From NCBI GenBank assembly GCA_965205015.1, contig OZ242029.1, positions 3,456,001 through 3,520,000 of the forward strand: 64,000 bases of DNA, given 5' to 3'. A program made the position numbers and the translations under genes. Below, piece after piece: positions 9,072 through 19,051 of this stretch. How positions within the stretch are numbered: position 1 is the first letter of the stretch; each line of letters opens with the position of its first letter. A model generated the notes under the pieces. That model was not told where the DNA came from and searched no databases. It saw only the letters and a program-made list of their open reading frames with translations. Origin of the DNA: Candidatus Poribacteria bacterium (GTDB lineage Bacteria; Poribacteria; WGA-4E; WGA-3G).

Positions 9072-11462
9072 ATGCGATTCACCTATTTTGTGCCAGGGTG
9101 GGGGGTTGTGCTCGGTATCGGTGTTGTCATCGGTATAACGGTATTCGTTTATTTCCGGATAGCGCGTCCATTACACCCGAGGTATAGATTATTGCTCATT
9201 CTGCTGCGGGTCGCTGCAGCGTCGATTCTGCTCGGTTGTCTCTTAGCCCCTGTTGTCATAGAAAAGAAAGACATCACACCACCGACGCACCTCTCCATTT
9301 TGGTGGATACCTCGCGAAGTATGCAACTCGTCGATACATCCATGAGCGAGATACCTATATCAAGACTCAATCAGGTGAATCAACAGCTTTTCAATGGTAC
9401 AGGGCAATTTCTGCAGACCTTACGAGATAGGTTTGAAGTTCATCTCTATCCCTTTAATACGCGATTGCAACGAAGTGTCCTATTGGCACAAGAGGGGGAT
9501 TCTCCACTGCCACCCTTTGAGGTGGAAGGAACCCTTACGGATATTGGAGGGGCTATACGGGAAACCGTGGCAGCATGGAAAGGACAACAAACTGCTGGGA
9601 TTGTCCTTATTACGGACGGTGCACACAATTCTGGGCAATTCCCTTTGGAGACAATCACCGCATTGGAGGTGCCGATCTACCCAATAGGTGTCGGTTCTGT
9701 GGAACCGCCAAAAGACGTTCAGGTTCAGCGTGTCGATTACACCCCCGTCGCTTACACAAACCATGAGAGTGTTATTCGTGTGAGTGTTGTGCAAACGGGG
9801 TACACCGGTAAAACGACACAGTTGTCGCTACGGGAAGTAGAAAGTAACACCCTTGTGGATGCTGTAACGTTCACCTTCAACGCTCATCAGGACGTAAACG
9901 CTATCGAGACCCGTACAAAACAGCGGATTGAACTGAAGTTAACACCGCAGTCAGAAGGTAACTTTCAATACACAGTTACACTTCCGACGCTTGATGGTGA
10001 ACTTACGGAGGCGAACAATCAAAAGACGTTTTCGGTGAAGGTTGTGAAGGCAAGGCTGAACGTTTTCTATCTCGAAGGCAGACCCAGATGGGACTACACC
10101 TTTTTGAAACGAACATTGGAACGAGATCCGGATATTGAGGCTACCTGTGCGATTTTATCGTCTAATAGATTAAAGCAGCTGCCTGTAGATAACGTCCTCA
10201 AGCGTTTAGATGGATATTATCCGCAAGCGACGCCAGTATCGGAGACGCCGCAGTTCCCCGAAACGCTCACTGAGCTTTCTAACTACGATGTGTTAATTTT
10301 GGGTGATTTAGGGGCTGAGCATCTTACCAAAACCCAACAACGCGCAATCGTCGATTTTGTTGAGACGCAGGGAAAGCCGGTTATCTTTCTACCCTCTCGG
10401 AACATGCTCGGCGTGAATGGGTTCCAAAATACAGAATTAGCATCTCTTTTACCGATTGACATTCCCAGGAATGGATGTCGTGTAGAAGATGCGGAATTTA
10501 CGCTACAATTAACCCAATCTGGGGCGTTTCATCCAATGTTACAACTTTCGGAAACCTCGTCACCGACGGAGACCGATAGCCGGCAACTGATAGCCAATAT
10601 GCCAGCGTTGCCACGATTCTTCAGTGGGTTTCGTCTCAGGGGTGGCGCGACGGCTTTGATGGACAATGGGAAAGGCATGCCTATTCTGATTCTCCAGAGA
10701 GCCGGTTTAGGCAAAAGTCTACTGATTGCCACCGAGGGCTTCTATAATTGGGATTTTGGTGTTAAAACCTTTAAAGATAGACGTTATCACACAATCTATC
10801 CTCGTTTTTGGGCACAGGTGCTGCGGTGGATGGCAACGAATACCGATGACAAAAACGTATATCTTACGACAGATGCTTCTACTTATGCGATAGGAGATAC
10901 CGTGAAGGTTACAGCGTATCTCTATTCTGAAACCTATCAACCACAAGCGGGAGCAACAGTCGAGATCGAAGTGGTGCCGCCTGATGGGGTTCCCTTCCAA
11001 GTGAATAGTTCTCGGTCATCGGTTGTCAGTTCTCAGTTAGGAGGTGAGTCTGCCATACCAGATTCTTCCTTAACCGACGACCGGGAACCGGCAACTGACA
11101 GCCACTTTACTGCCCGATTTGTGCTTCTACAAAAGGGGAAGTACCGTATTCGCGCAACGGGTCGGAATGCCAATCTGAAATTAGGTGAGGATCAAATAGA
11201 TATTTATGCGCATCCGCAGCTTGCCGAATTGGAGAATCCGCAGCTCAATGAAGACTTATTGAAGCAACTTGCAGGACAAACGGGCGGTGCCTATTTTACA
11301 ATCGCTGACGTTGAATCGGTCCCTGAAAACATTGCGAATGTCCAAAACCCAATATTCGTTGATGCAGAACGTGATCTCTGGGCACACCCTTTAGTTCTTA
11401 TCACAGTTGTCGGGTTATTGGGGGCTGAATGGTTTTTGCGTAAACGGGTTGGACTCACTTAG
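9072..11462 (+). CDS. Membrane protein with VWA and GATase1-like domains
   Basis: N-terminal TMs, DTSRSM MIDAS, LITDG, LEGRPRWDYTFLKR, YDVLILGD, C-terminal TM ending EWFLRKR. Confidence 0.85.
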   Translation: MRFTYFVPGWGVVLGIGVVIGITVFVYFRIARPLHPRYRLLLILLRVAAASILLGCLLAPVVIEKKDITPPTHLSILVDTSRSMQLVDTSMSEIPISRLNQVNQQLFNGTGQFLQTLRDRFEVHLYPFNTRLQRSVLLAQEGDSPLPPFEVEGTLTDIGGAIRETVAAWKGQQTAGIVLITDGAHNSGQFPLETITALEVPIYPIGVGSVEPPKDVQVQRVDYTPVAYTNHESVIRVSVVQTGYTGKTTQLSLREVESNTLVDAVTFTFNAHQDVNAIETRTKQRIELKLTPQSEGNFQYTVTLPTLDGELTEANNQKTFSVKVVKARLNVFYLEGRPRWDYTFLKRTLERDPDIEATCAILSSNRLKQLPVDNVLKRLDGYYPQATPVSETPQFPETLTELSNYDVLILGDLGAEHLTKTQQRAIVDFVETQGKPVIFLPSRNMLGVNGFQNTELASLLPIDIPRNGCRVEDAEFTLQLTQSGAFHPMLQLSETSSPTETDSRQLIANMPALPRFFSGFRLRGGATALMDNGKGMPILILQRAGLGKSLLIATEGFYNWDFGVKTFKDRRYHTIYPRFWAQVLRWMATNTDDKNVYLTTDASTYAIGDTVKVTAYLYSETYQPQAGATVEIEVVPPDGVPFQVNSSRSSVVSSQLGGESAIPDSSLTDDREPATDSHFTARFVLLQKGKYRIRATGRNANLKLGEDQIDIYAHPQLAELENPQLNEDLLKQLAGQTGGAYFTIADVESVPENIANVQNPIFVDAERDLWAHPLVLITVVGLLGAEWFLRKRVGLT

Positions 11463-11558
11463 GAGGACCCTTGAATTATGATAAACCCGAAAAATAAACA
11501 GACACCTCGTAGGGTCAGGTCTTGTACCTGCCCGTCAATGCCCTGAAAGAGTAGAACG

Positions 11559-12251
11559 ATGCGCAAAAACTTGATAGGTAAAAAAATTTGGATATGTTGT
11601 TTCCTTTTCTGCGCCGTGATCGGGGTACAGGTGAAACGGAATTTGCAGGCTTCGGGGGTTCCCATAACTATTGCCCAGGTTCACTATAGTGGGGGTGGTG
11701 ATTGGTACGGTGATGCAACGGTTATCAAAAACTGGCTCCAACTCCTCCGAAACCGGACAGATATTGAAACCGATACGGACAGGGTCATTATTAAGTTGAC
11801 CGATCATACCCTTTACCAATATCCGATACTCTATCTCGTAGGGCACGGGAATATCCGATTGACTGAAAGTGAGGTCGAGGCATTACGGGATTATCTCAAG
11901 AACGGGGGTTTTCTGTTCGCGAATGATGATTACGGACTTGACAAAAGTTTTCGTCGTGAAATGCGGCGCGTATTTCCAGAGCAGGAACTACAACCTATCC
12001 CAAGCACGCATCTGATTTATCGCTGTTTCTACGAATTGAAAGGACTCCCTAAGATTCATGAACACGACGCTGAACCCGCACAAGGGTTTGGACTTTTTCA
12101 TGATGGACGTATGGTCGTTTACTATGCCTACAGTGCTGATATCGGTGATGGACTCGAGGATGCCGGTGTACATCCGGATGATACACCTCAGGTCCGAGAA
12201 TTCGCTGCGAAAATGGCGGTAAATATTGCTGTATATGCGCTAACTCACTAA
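11559..12251 (+). CDS. DUF4159 domain protein
   Basis: GGGDWY, YPILYLVGHG, LRDYLKNGGFLFANDDYG, KIHEHD, DIGDGLED, MAVNIAVYALTH. Confidence 0.9.
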   Translation: MRKNLIGKKIWICCFLFCAVIGVQVKRNLQASGVPITIAQVHYSGGGDWYGDATVIKNWLQLLRNRTDIETDTDRVIIKLTDHTLYQYPILYLVGHGNIRLTESEVEALRDYLKNGGFLFANDDYGLDKSFRREMRRVFPEQELQPIPSTHLIYRCFYELKGLPKIHEHDAEPAQGFGLFHDGRMVVYYAYSADIGDGLEDAGVHPDDTPQVREFAAKMAVNIAVYALTH

Positions 12252-12264
12252 AGGACGCGATGAA

Positions 12265-15200
12265 ATGGACAGACAAAATGTGAATGCGGCTTATGAAAAT
12301 GTTGTTGGTCGGTTGCGTACGATTCGACGACAGTGGCGGTGGCTCACTTTCTCTGAAGGACTCCTGAAGTGCCTCGGTATTCTTGCCCTTGTGATGGCGG
12401 GGACACTTATCGTTTTAGCGGTGAGTGTCCAGTTATGGCAGTCCCCGTTCTCACGCTGGATACGCATTGCGATCCTCCTATTATCAATAGGAGCGGCGGT
12501 CTATGCAGTCATTCGAAGCTTCGTCCTGCCTCTCCGTCAGAAACTGACGGACGCCGCTGTCGCGTCGCGCCTTGAATCGGCGCAAACAGAGGCAGCCTTT
12601 GCCGCTGAAAACCGGATTCTCAGTGCTGTCCAGCTGTGGAAGACTTTGGAGGATAATCGACTTGGGTATGCCCCAGAATTCGTTGAGCATCTGATTGTAC
12701 AAGCCAGTCGGGATATAGAGCAGGTGCAACATAAACAGGTATTTCAACCCGAATTTCGGAAGATTCGGCGGAATGCAGGTGTTGCTGTCGGCGGAATCGT
12801 CCTACTCCTCGCGACACATTTTCTTTTACCGACCGCGTTTACAGGCTTTGCACAGGCGTTTCAGACCTTACCAAGAACGCTGCAGGACGATCAGGTATAT
12901 CTGAAGAAGTCCATTCAGATTACGAACATCCAACCCGGTGATATCCAAATTGAACGGGGTGCCGATGTTAACGTAACTGCTGAAATAGGCGGACATCTTG
13001 GGACTCCTGTCTCACTTTACTACCGCGTTAGCGATGAAAATGAAGGACAGTCTTCAGTTAAGAGCGGGACGTTAGATGAAACCCCCTTGGTTGACCGACA
13101 ACTGACAACCGATAACCGTACTTCAGCAGAATGGCAATCGTTGCCGATGCACCCTACACCCATGGATGTCGGTCGTGGCTTTCAAGGTGCCGAGATGTTG
13201 ACACCCTACCGCGCGACGCTTGAAAATGTGGTACGTCCGCTGCAATACTATATTTCCGTCAACGGGGTAACATCGGAACAGTATCAAATAACGATCAGTA
13301 ATGAACCGATTGTCACGCAATTCCAGTATCGACTCAATTATCCTTCCTACACGCAGCTGCAGTCCCAGACCCTCCCAGCAAACATCGGGGACATCCAAGT
13401 GCTTTTCGGAACAGAGGTTGTGTTCACTGGAGAGAGTAATAAATCGCTTCAAAAGGCACACATCGCTTTTGAAGCGTCAGGTAATGTCCCGTTGGAGATT
13501 ACGGAACGGCAGTTACAAGAGACGATTACACAGGATAGAGAAATGGAAGAATGGAAGAATGGAAGGGGGGATGCCTCTAATCTTCCAGCCTTCCAACCTT
13601 CCAACCCTCCGACCGCCGTATCCCAAATAATACAAGGATCTTTTATTGCTCGACAGAGTGAAAATTATCGTATCCACATTACCGACGTTGATGGGTTCAC
13701 GAATCGAAACCCCGTTAACCGGACGATGACCGTTTTTGAAGATGCTGTGCCTGAAGTCAATATTGTCGCACCGGCACGGGACACCGTTTTAGACGATGCG
13801 ATGTTGGTTGCGCTAAAGGTGGAGGCTACAGACGATTACGGCATACAGGAACTTCAATTGGTATATCGCGTTGAGAGTGAAGGCGTTGAGGCGGTAAATG
13901 TGCCTTTAAAGCGTTGGGACGTAGCGGACGCGCCCTCACACAGATCGGTCTTTGTGGCATACACGTGGGATGTCGATCGGATCGGTATGTTCCCCGGCGA
14001 AACACTCGCGTATTACGTTCAAGCCTTAGATATCGACGACGTCTCAGGACCGAATATCGGTAAATCTCATACCTATACACTCCGTTTTCCTTCTCTCTCG
14101 GAGTTATACGATGCTGTTGCTGCAGAACAGGAAACCGAACAGCGAGGACTTGAAGAACTCGTTGACGAGCAAGCAGACGCGACCGGTCTGGTTGACACGC
14201 TCCTCGATAAAATTAGGAAGCGCCACGAGCTGACTCTTAATGACGAAAACCTGATGCAACAGGTGCTTGAGAATCAGAAAGAGATTGAGGAGACAGCGAA
14301 GCAACTCATCGAAAACATGAAGGAAACGGCAGAAGAGATGGAACAGAACCAACTCTTCGATGCTGAGACGATTGAGAAGTATCAAGAACTGCAAGATCTG
14401 ATGGAGAAAGCACTGTCTGAAGAACATAAAGAACTCCTGCGAAAGTTATCAGAAGCACTCGCGAACCAGCAGGTGGACGAGCAGGAGAGTTCAATGGCGG
14501 AAGCGAATCTCAGTCAGGAGCAGTTCTTGCAACAATTGGAACGTGCCAAATCGCTCTATGAGCAGATTCTCCTCGAACAGGAACTCGAAGCGGCAGCAAA
14601 ACAAGCAAAGGCACTCGCCGAGCGCCAGAAGCAGTTGATGGATACGTTGGAGGCGTTGGAACAGTCCGCCCCTACAACGGATATCGCGGAAAAAGAGGAC
14701 CGAGTGTCGGATGAATTCAACCAGCTCAGCGAGAAGTTGGAGGAACTCGGCACAAAAATGGGGGAACTTGCCCGAAATCAGGAGAACGCGCCGCCACAGA
14801 TAGAACGCCTCGCCGATGAAATCATACGACTCAATCAATTTGCGCACGAGCATCACCTGTCTGAAATGCTCAAGGCGACCAGTGAGAACCTCCGAGGTGG
14901 ACAGAACAGGGAAGCTCTCGAATCCGGACGAGGCGCAGAACAGACGCTCGTAGAACTCGCACAGGGTTTGGATAACGCCTTGGCGTTCATGGAAGGTGCG
15001 AACGCCAACGAAACTTTGACCGCACTACAGGAAGCCGTTGAAAGTGGACTCTACCTTTCACATCTTCACGAGGCGGTCCTCACGCAGACGAACGACATCC
15101 TCGTCGCTGGGCAGGCTAATGCTTACATTTCAAGTGAGATTGTGCGATTGCAAGGACTTGCCGCGGATGAACTCAGCACAGCAGAGAGTATCACGCAGCT

Positions 15201-15987
15201 TTCCAGTAAACTTTGGGAGTTGGGGAACCGGCAGATACAGGTGCCACCTGAAGCCATATTCCATCTTAACGCCTCTAACGATGCCCTCTCCCGTGCGGCG
15301 CGTGCTTTAGAGGATAGGCAGCCAAGCCTCGCAGTGCCGATCCAAAAAGCCGCCCTCGCTGATCTGAATCAGGCAGTCTTTGAACTCCTTGAGGCGATGG
15401 GACAGATGAACCAACAGATGGGGTCCAGTGGGTTTGAAAACATGATGGAGCAGCTGCAGCAGCTCGCCGAGAGTCAAGAGCAGCTGAACCAGATGGCACA
15501 GAATCTGAATCAGCAGATGCGAGAACAGGGACGGACGCCAGGACTTGAACAGATGATGCGTCAACTCGCTGCGCAACAGCAGTTAATCCGAGAGGCAACC
15601 GAACGGATTGCTGAACGCGCAGAGCAGATGGCACAGATGCTCGGCAGTCTTGAGGATGTCGCTGAGGAGATGACTGAGGTTGAGAAGGCACTCCGTCAAG
15701 GTGAACTCGATGAGGAGGTCCTCGATAGACAAGCACAAATTCTGACGCGGATGCTTGACAGTCTAAAATCGTTGCAGAAACGGGATGTCGGCAAACAGCG
15801 CAAAGCCGAGGTAGCGGAGAGACCTGAAACACCTGCCCAGGAAGTACCGCCTTTGCATCCTGAACTCCTCGAAGTCGTTCGGAAATTAGAAACCACGCCT
15901 TATGCAAAGGAATTTGAAGATATTCCGTTCCAGTATCGGAAACAGCTGCTTCAGTATTTCAAGGCACTTTCACAGAAGACGCAGTAA
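12265..15987 (+). CDS. DUF4175-like large membrane/coiled-coil protein
   Basis: N-terminal TMs, Ig-like region with A.DDYGI motif, long Q/E/M-rich coiled coil, C-terminal IPFQYRKQLLQYFKAL. Adjacent to DUF4159 and VWA genes. Confidence 0.8.
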   Translation: MDRQNVNAAYENVVGRLRTIRRQWRWLTFSEGLLKCLGILALVMAGTLIVLAVSVQLWQSPFSRWIRIAILLLSIGAAVYAVIRSFVLPLRQKLTDAAVASRLESAQTEAAFAAENRILSAVQLWKTLEDNRLGYAPEFVEHLIVQASRDIEQVQHKQVFQPEFRKIRRNAGVAVGGIVLLLATHFLLPTAFTGFAQAFQTLPRTLQDDQVYLKKSIQITNIQPGDIQIERGADVNVTAEIGGHLGTPVSLYYRVSDENEGQSSVKSGTLDETPLVDRQLTTDNRTSAEWQSLPMHPTPMDVGRGFQGAEMLTPYRATLENVVRPLQYYISVNGVTSEQYQITISNEPIVTQFQYRLNYPSYTQLQSQTLPANIGDIQVLFGTEVVFTGESNKSLQKAHIAFEASGNVPLEITERQLQETITQDREMEEWKNGRGDASNLPAFQPSNPPTAVSQIIQGSFIARQSENYRIHITDVDGFTNRNPVNRTMTVFEDAVPEVNIVAPARDTVLDDAMLVALKVEATDDYGIQELQLVYRVESEGVEAVNVPLKRWDVADAPSHRSVFVAYTWDVDRIGMFPGETLAYYVQALDIDDVSGPNIGKSHTYTLRFPSLSELYDAVAAEQETEQRGLEELVDEQADATGLVDTLLDKIRKRHELTLNDENLMQQVLENQKEIEETAKQLIENMKETAEEMEQNQLFDAETIEKYQELQDLMEKALSEEHKELLRKLSEALANQQVDEQESSMAEANLSQEQFLQQLERAKSLYEQILLEQELEAAAKQAKALAERQKQLMDTLEALEQSAPTTDIAEKEDRVSDEFNQLSEKLEELGTKMGELARNQENAPPQIERLADEIIRLNQFAHEHHLSEMLKATSENLRGGQNREALESGRGAEQTLVELAQGLDNALAFMEGANANETLTALQEAVESGLYLSHLHEAVLTQTNDILVAGQANAYISSEIVRLQGLAADELSTAESITQLSSKLWELGNRQIQVPPEAIFHLNASNDALSRAARALEDRQPSLAVPIQKAALADLNQAVFELLEAMGQMNQQMGSSGFENMMEQLQQLAESQEQLNQMAQNLNQQMREQGRTPGLEQMMRQLAAQQQLIREATERIAERAEQMAQMLGSLEDVAEEMTEVEKALRQGELDEEVLDRQAQILTRMLDSLKSLQKRDVGKQRKAEVAERPETPAQEVPPLHPELLEVVRKLETTPYAKEFEDIPFQYRKQLLQYFKALSQKTQ

Positions 15988-16028
15988 CCACATTCATGTC
16001 TGTATGCGTGTGAACGAAAGGGAAAAAA

Positions 16029-17045
16029 ATGAGAACAGTCGTTAGCATCGTTGACGATGCGTTTTACATCAATGGAGAAATTACCTATCCGGGACGTGCC
16101 TACCAAGGGAACAAGATTGAGGGATTGCTTCTCAACACCCGTATGGTGCAAGGCATCTTTGATGACCGGAATCCTGAAACAGTACATCTCTGGAAATATC
16201 CAGATACAGGTGAATGGGATCCAGAGCGCAATACGCGTGAATTTCTATCGGCAATGCCGACATGGCGCGCACATGGCGTATTGGCGTTCACCCTTAACCT
16301 CCAAGGCGGCAGTCCCGAAGGGTACTCCAAAGCACAGCCGTGGCACAACTCCGGTATAGAAGCCGACGGTAGTCTGAATGCGGATTACCTATCGCGACTT
16401 GAACGGATCATCGACTTTGCTGATGCACTCGGTATGGTTGTGATCCTCGGCTATTTCTACTTTGGACAGGACCATCGGATCGCTGATGAAAATGCTGTCA
16501 AAAACGCCGTTGACAACGCAACGGGTTGGCTCTTTGACAAAGGATATACCAACGTTATCGTTGAGGTAAACAACGAGTGCAACGTGAGATACTCACACGA
16601 AATTCTGCAGCCGCAACGGGTGCATGAGTTAATCGAACGCGTGAAAGCAACGACACGTAATGGCGATAGATTCCTCGTCGGGACGAGTTACGGTGGGGGT
16701 AGAGTGCCGCTTGAGAACGTCGTCCGTGCTTCTGATTTCCTGCTTGTCCACGGAAACGGCGTGAGTGATCCCAACCGCATCATTGAGATGGTGCAACAGA
16801 CGCGTGAGGTGCCGGGTTATCGTCCGATGCCGATCCTTTTCAACGAAGACGACCATTTCGATTTCGATAAACCTTTGAACAACTGCGTCGCTGCTGTCAG
16901 CCAATATGCGTCATGGGGTTACTTCGACCCGGGCGAGAACGACTATTGCAACGGCTACCAATCCGTGCCAGTGCAATGGCAGATTAACACACCGCGTAAA
17001 CGCGCCTTTTTTCACAAAATTCGCGACATCACGGAAAACATCTGA
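16029..17045 (+). CDS. Hypothetical protein, clan GH-A (TIM-barrel) glycoside hydrolase-like
   Basis: Putative acid/base NE (EVNNEC) and nucleophile region PILFNED. No signal peptide. Confidence 0.6.
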   Translation: MRTVVSIVDDAFYINGEITYPGRAYQGNKIEGLLLNTRMVQGIFDDRNPETVHLWKYPDTGEWDPERNTREFLSAMPTWRAHGVLAFTLNLQGGSPEGYSKAQPWHNSGIEADGSLNADYLSRLERIIDFADALGMVVILGYFYFGQDHRIADENAVKNAVDNATGWLFDKGYTNVIVEVNNECNVRYSHEILQPQRVHELIERVKATTRNGDRFLVGTSYGGGRVPLENVVRASDFLLVHGNGVSDPNRIIEMVQQTREVPGYRPMPILFNEDDHFDFDKPLNNCVAAVSQYASWGYFDPGENDYCNGYQSVPVQWQINTPRKRAFFHKIRDITENI

Positions 17046-17198
17046 ATCAGGATTTTCAGGATTCAAAGATTTTCAGGATAACCTCATCTATAAAAGGAGT
17101 CGGTAATCAGTGGTCAGTAGCCCGTAATGTAATGGCGGGCGGCTCGAACACGAACGATGCCAAAGCACAGATCCCATCGTTTCTCCGCAAGGAAAAAT

Positions 17199-17323
17199 TA
17201 TAGTAAAACCGAAAAATAAGTGAACATTCGTAGCACAAACTGTCCAGTTTGTGCAGGGGAGGCACACAAACTAACAGTTTGCGCTACAATCGGGGTGCCC
17301 AAGTAATTATTGACTCTACTATA
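17199..17323. mobile_element. MITE-like element containing a REP pair
   Basis: Ends TATAGTA...TACTATA. Internal inverted hairpins gtagcacaaactgtccagtttgtgc / cacaaactaacagtttgcgctac. Confidence 0.55.
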
Positions 17324-17342
17324 AAAAAGGAAAATTAAAAAT

Positions 17343-18113
17343 ATGCCACAAGTTGATCCAATTTATTTTGCCATTGTTATTGCTGTTGTCATTATGCTTG
17401 GGACGAGCATTCGGATTCTCAAGGAGTACGAGCGCGCCGTTATTTTCCGTCTCGGACGATTGGTTTCGACCCGGGGTCCCGGGCTTGTGTTTATGATACC
17501 GTTCTGGATAGAACGGATGCAGCGGATTAGCCTTCGGGTGATCGTCAACGATGTCACCCCGCAAGATGTGATTACGAAAGACAACGTCTCCGTGAGTGTT
17601 AACGCCGTGCTCACGTTCAGAGTGACCGAAGCGGATAGAGCCGTGATCGAGGTTGAAGATTTCGGTTTTGCGATTGCACAGGTCGCACAGACGACGCTCC
17701 GGAGTGTGCTTGGACGTGCTGAATTAGATGATCTGCTCTCAGAGCGCGAGAAGTTAAATCAGGACTTGGAGGAGATCATCAAGAAACATTGTGAACCGTG
17801 GGGCGTCGAGGTGCTTGCGATGGAGATTAAGCACGTGGATCTCCCTGTTGAGATGCAGCGCGCCATGGCGAAACAGGCGGAAGCGGAGCGGGAGCGGCGT
17901 GCGAAGGTTACACACGCCGAGGGTGAATTCGAGTCTGCCGAGGTGCTAACCAATGCCGCTGAAATCCTCAGCCGGATTCCAACGGCTGTGCAGCTCCGGT
18001 TCCTTCAAGCGTTAGTGGAAGTCAGTGCCGAGAAAAACTCGACCATGGTTTTCCCAATTCCGATCGATCTGCTCAGTCCGTTCCTTGACAAAATGAAAGG
18101 GAAAGAAGAATAG
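17343..18113 (+). CDS. SPFH/stomatin (slipin) family protein
   Basis: [45 protein letters not shown]. Confidence 0.95.
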   Translation: MPQVDPIYFAIVIAVVIMLGTSIRILKEYERAVIFRLGRLVSTRGPGLVFMIPFWIERMQRISLRVIVNDVTPQDVITKDNVSVSVNAVLTFRVTEADRAVIEVEDFGFAIAQVAQTTLRSVLGRAELDDLLSEREKLNQDLEEIIKKHCEPWGVEVLAMEIKHVDLPVEMQRAMAKQAEAERERRAKVTHAEGEFESAEVLTNAAEILSRIPTAVQLRFLQALVEVSAEKNSTMVFPIPIDLLSPFLDKMKGKEE

Positions 18114-18131
18114 ACTTTCCCTCTAACCAAG

Positions 18132-18201
18132 GTAGGTGCGGTTTCCTAACCGCACCGAGCAACCTGCCAGCCCTTGCCGAGGTTTCCCAACCTCGCCTAC
18201 C
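18132..18201. repeat. GTAG-type REP pair (BIME-like)
   Basis: gtaggtgcggtttcctaaccgcacc and inverted ccgaggtttcccaacctcgcctac. Related copies near 1791, 46736, 63211 and 63250. Confidence 0.7.
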
Positions 18202-18316
18202 AATAATAACTAATAACTGAAACTGATGACGGATAGCCCCTGTAACACTTGTAGGAGGGGTTTCTAACCCTCACAATTGACCTATCATCCATTCCATAGG
18301 TATTTCAATCTCACTC

Positions 18317-19051
18317 TCAATACCGCCAATCTTCATGCGCCAGCGGTGCCTGATTCAGGGCGTCGCGATACGCATGCCACTGTGGCAGAAACTTGTCCAT
18401 CAAGGCGCGAAACCGGTCGTTATGTGCACGCTCCAGAAGATGCACCATCTCATGCACCAGGATATACACCACGCAGGATTCCGGTTTCTTTGCGAGTTCG
18501 AGATTCAGCCAAATCCGTTTGGCTTCGATGTTGCAAGACCCCCAGAGCGTTTTCATCTTCTTAATCCGTACTTCGTTGACGGACACACCTAACTTCACTT
18601 CCCATTTCTCAAGGAGCGGCGGCAGTTGCGCTCGGAGATTCTGGCGATACCAGCGATAAAGTACTGCTTCGCGCGTGTCCCGATCCGACCCCGGACGCAC
18701 ACTCAGAATGATCTTTGTGTTATTGGGTAGCCAGACCTTCGCTGGACAGTCTTGTTCTACGACATCCAGTCGGTAGCGTCTGCCTGCAAAATAGTGGCTC
18801 TCACCTGTCACAAATTCGCGTTGAGATTGCCGATCCTGCTTTGTAAACACCTCTTGTTTCCGGCGAATCCAGCCCAATCGTGAGATAACCGCTATCCGAA
18901 TAGTATCATCATCAAAGTATAAGGGTGCCGATACCCGCACGCGCCCGTTTGGCGGATGAACACTTACATGGAAGTTCTTGATCTCCTTGCGGATCACCTC
19001 TACAGAGATCCCGCGGATATCAATATAATACCTATCAATTTTAGTATTCAC
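18317..19051 (-). CDS. YgjP/SprT-like (M48, DUF45) metal-dependent hydrolase associated with type I R-M
   Basis: MKTLWGSC and YILVHEMVHL (HExxH). Overlaps the hsdR stop. Confidence 0.9.
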   Translation of the reverse strand: MNTKIDRYYIDIRGISVEVIRKEIKNFHVSVHPPNGRVRVSAPLYFDDDTIRIAVISRLGWIRRKQEVFTKQDRQSQREFVTGESHYFAGRRYRLDVVEQDCPAKVWLPNNTKIILSVRPGSDRDTREAVLYRWYRQNLRAQLPPLLEKWEVKLGVSVNEVRIKKMKTLWGSCNIEAKRIWLNLELAKKPESCVVYILVHEMVHLLERAHNDRFRALMDKFLPQWHAYRDALNQAPLAHEDWRY

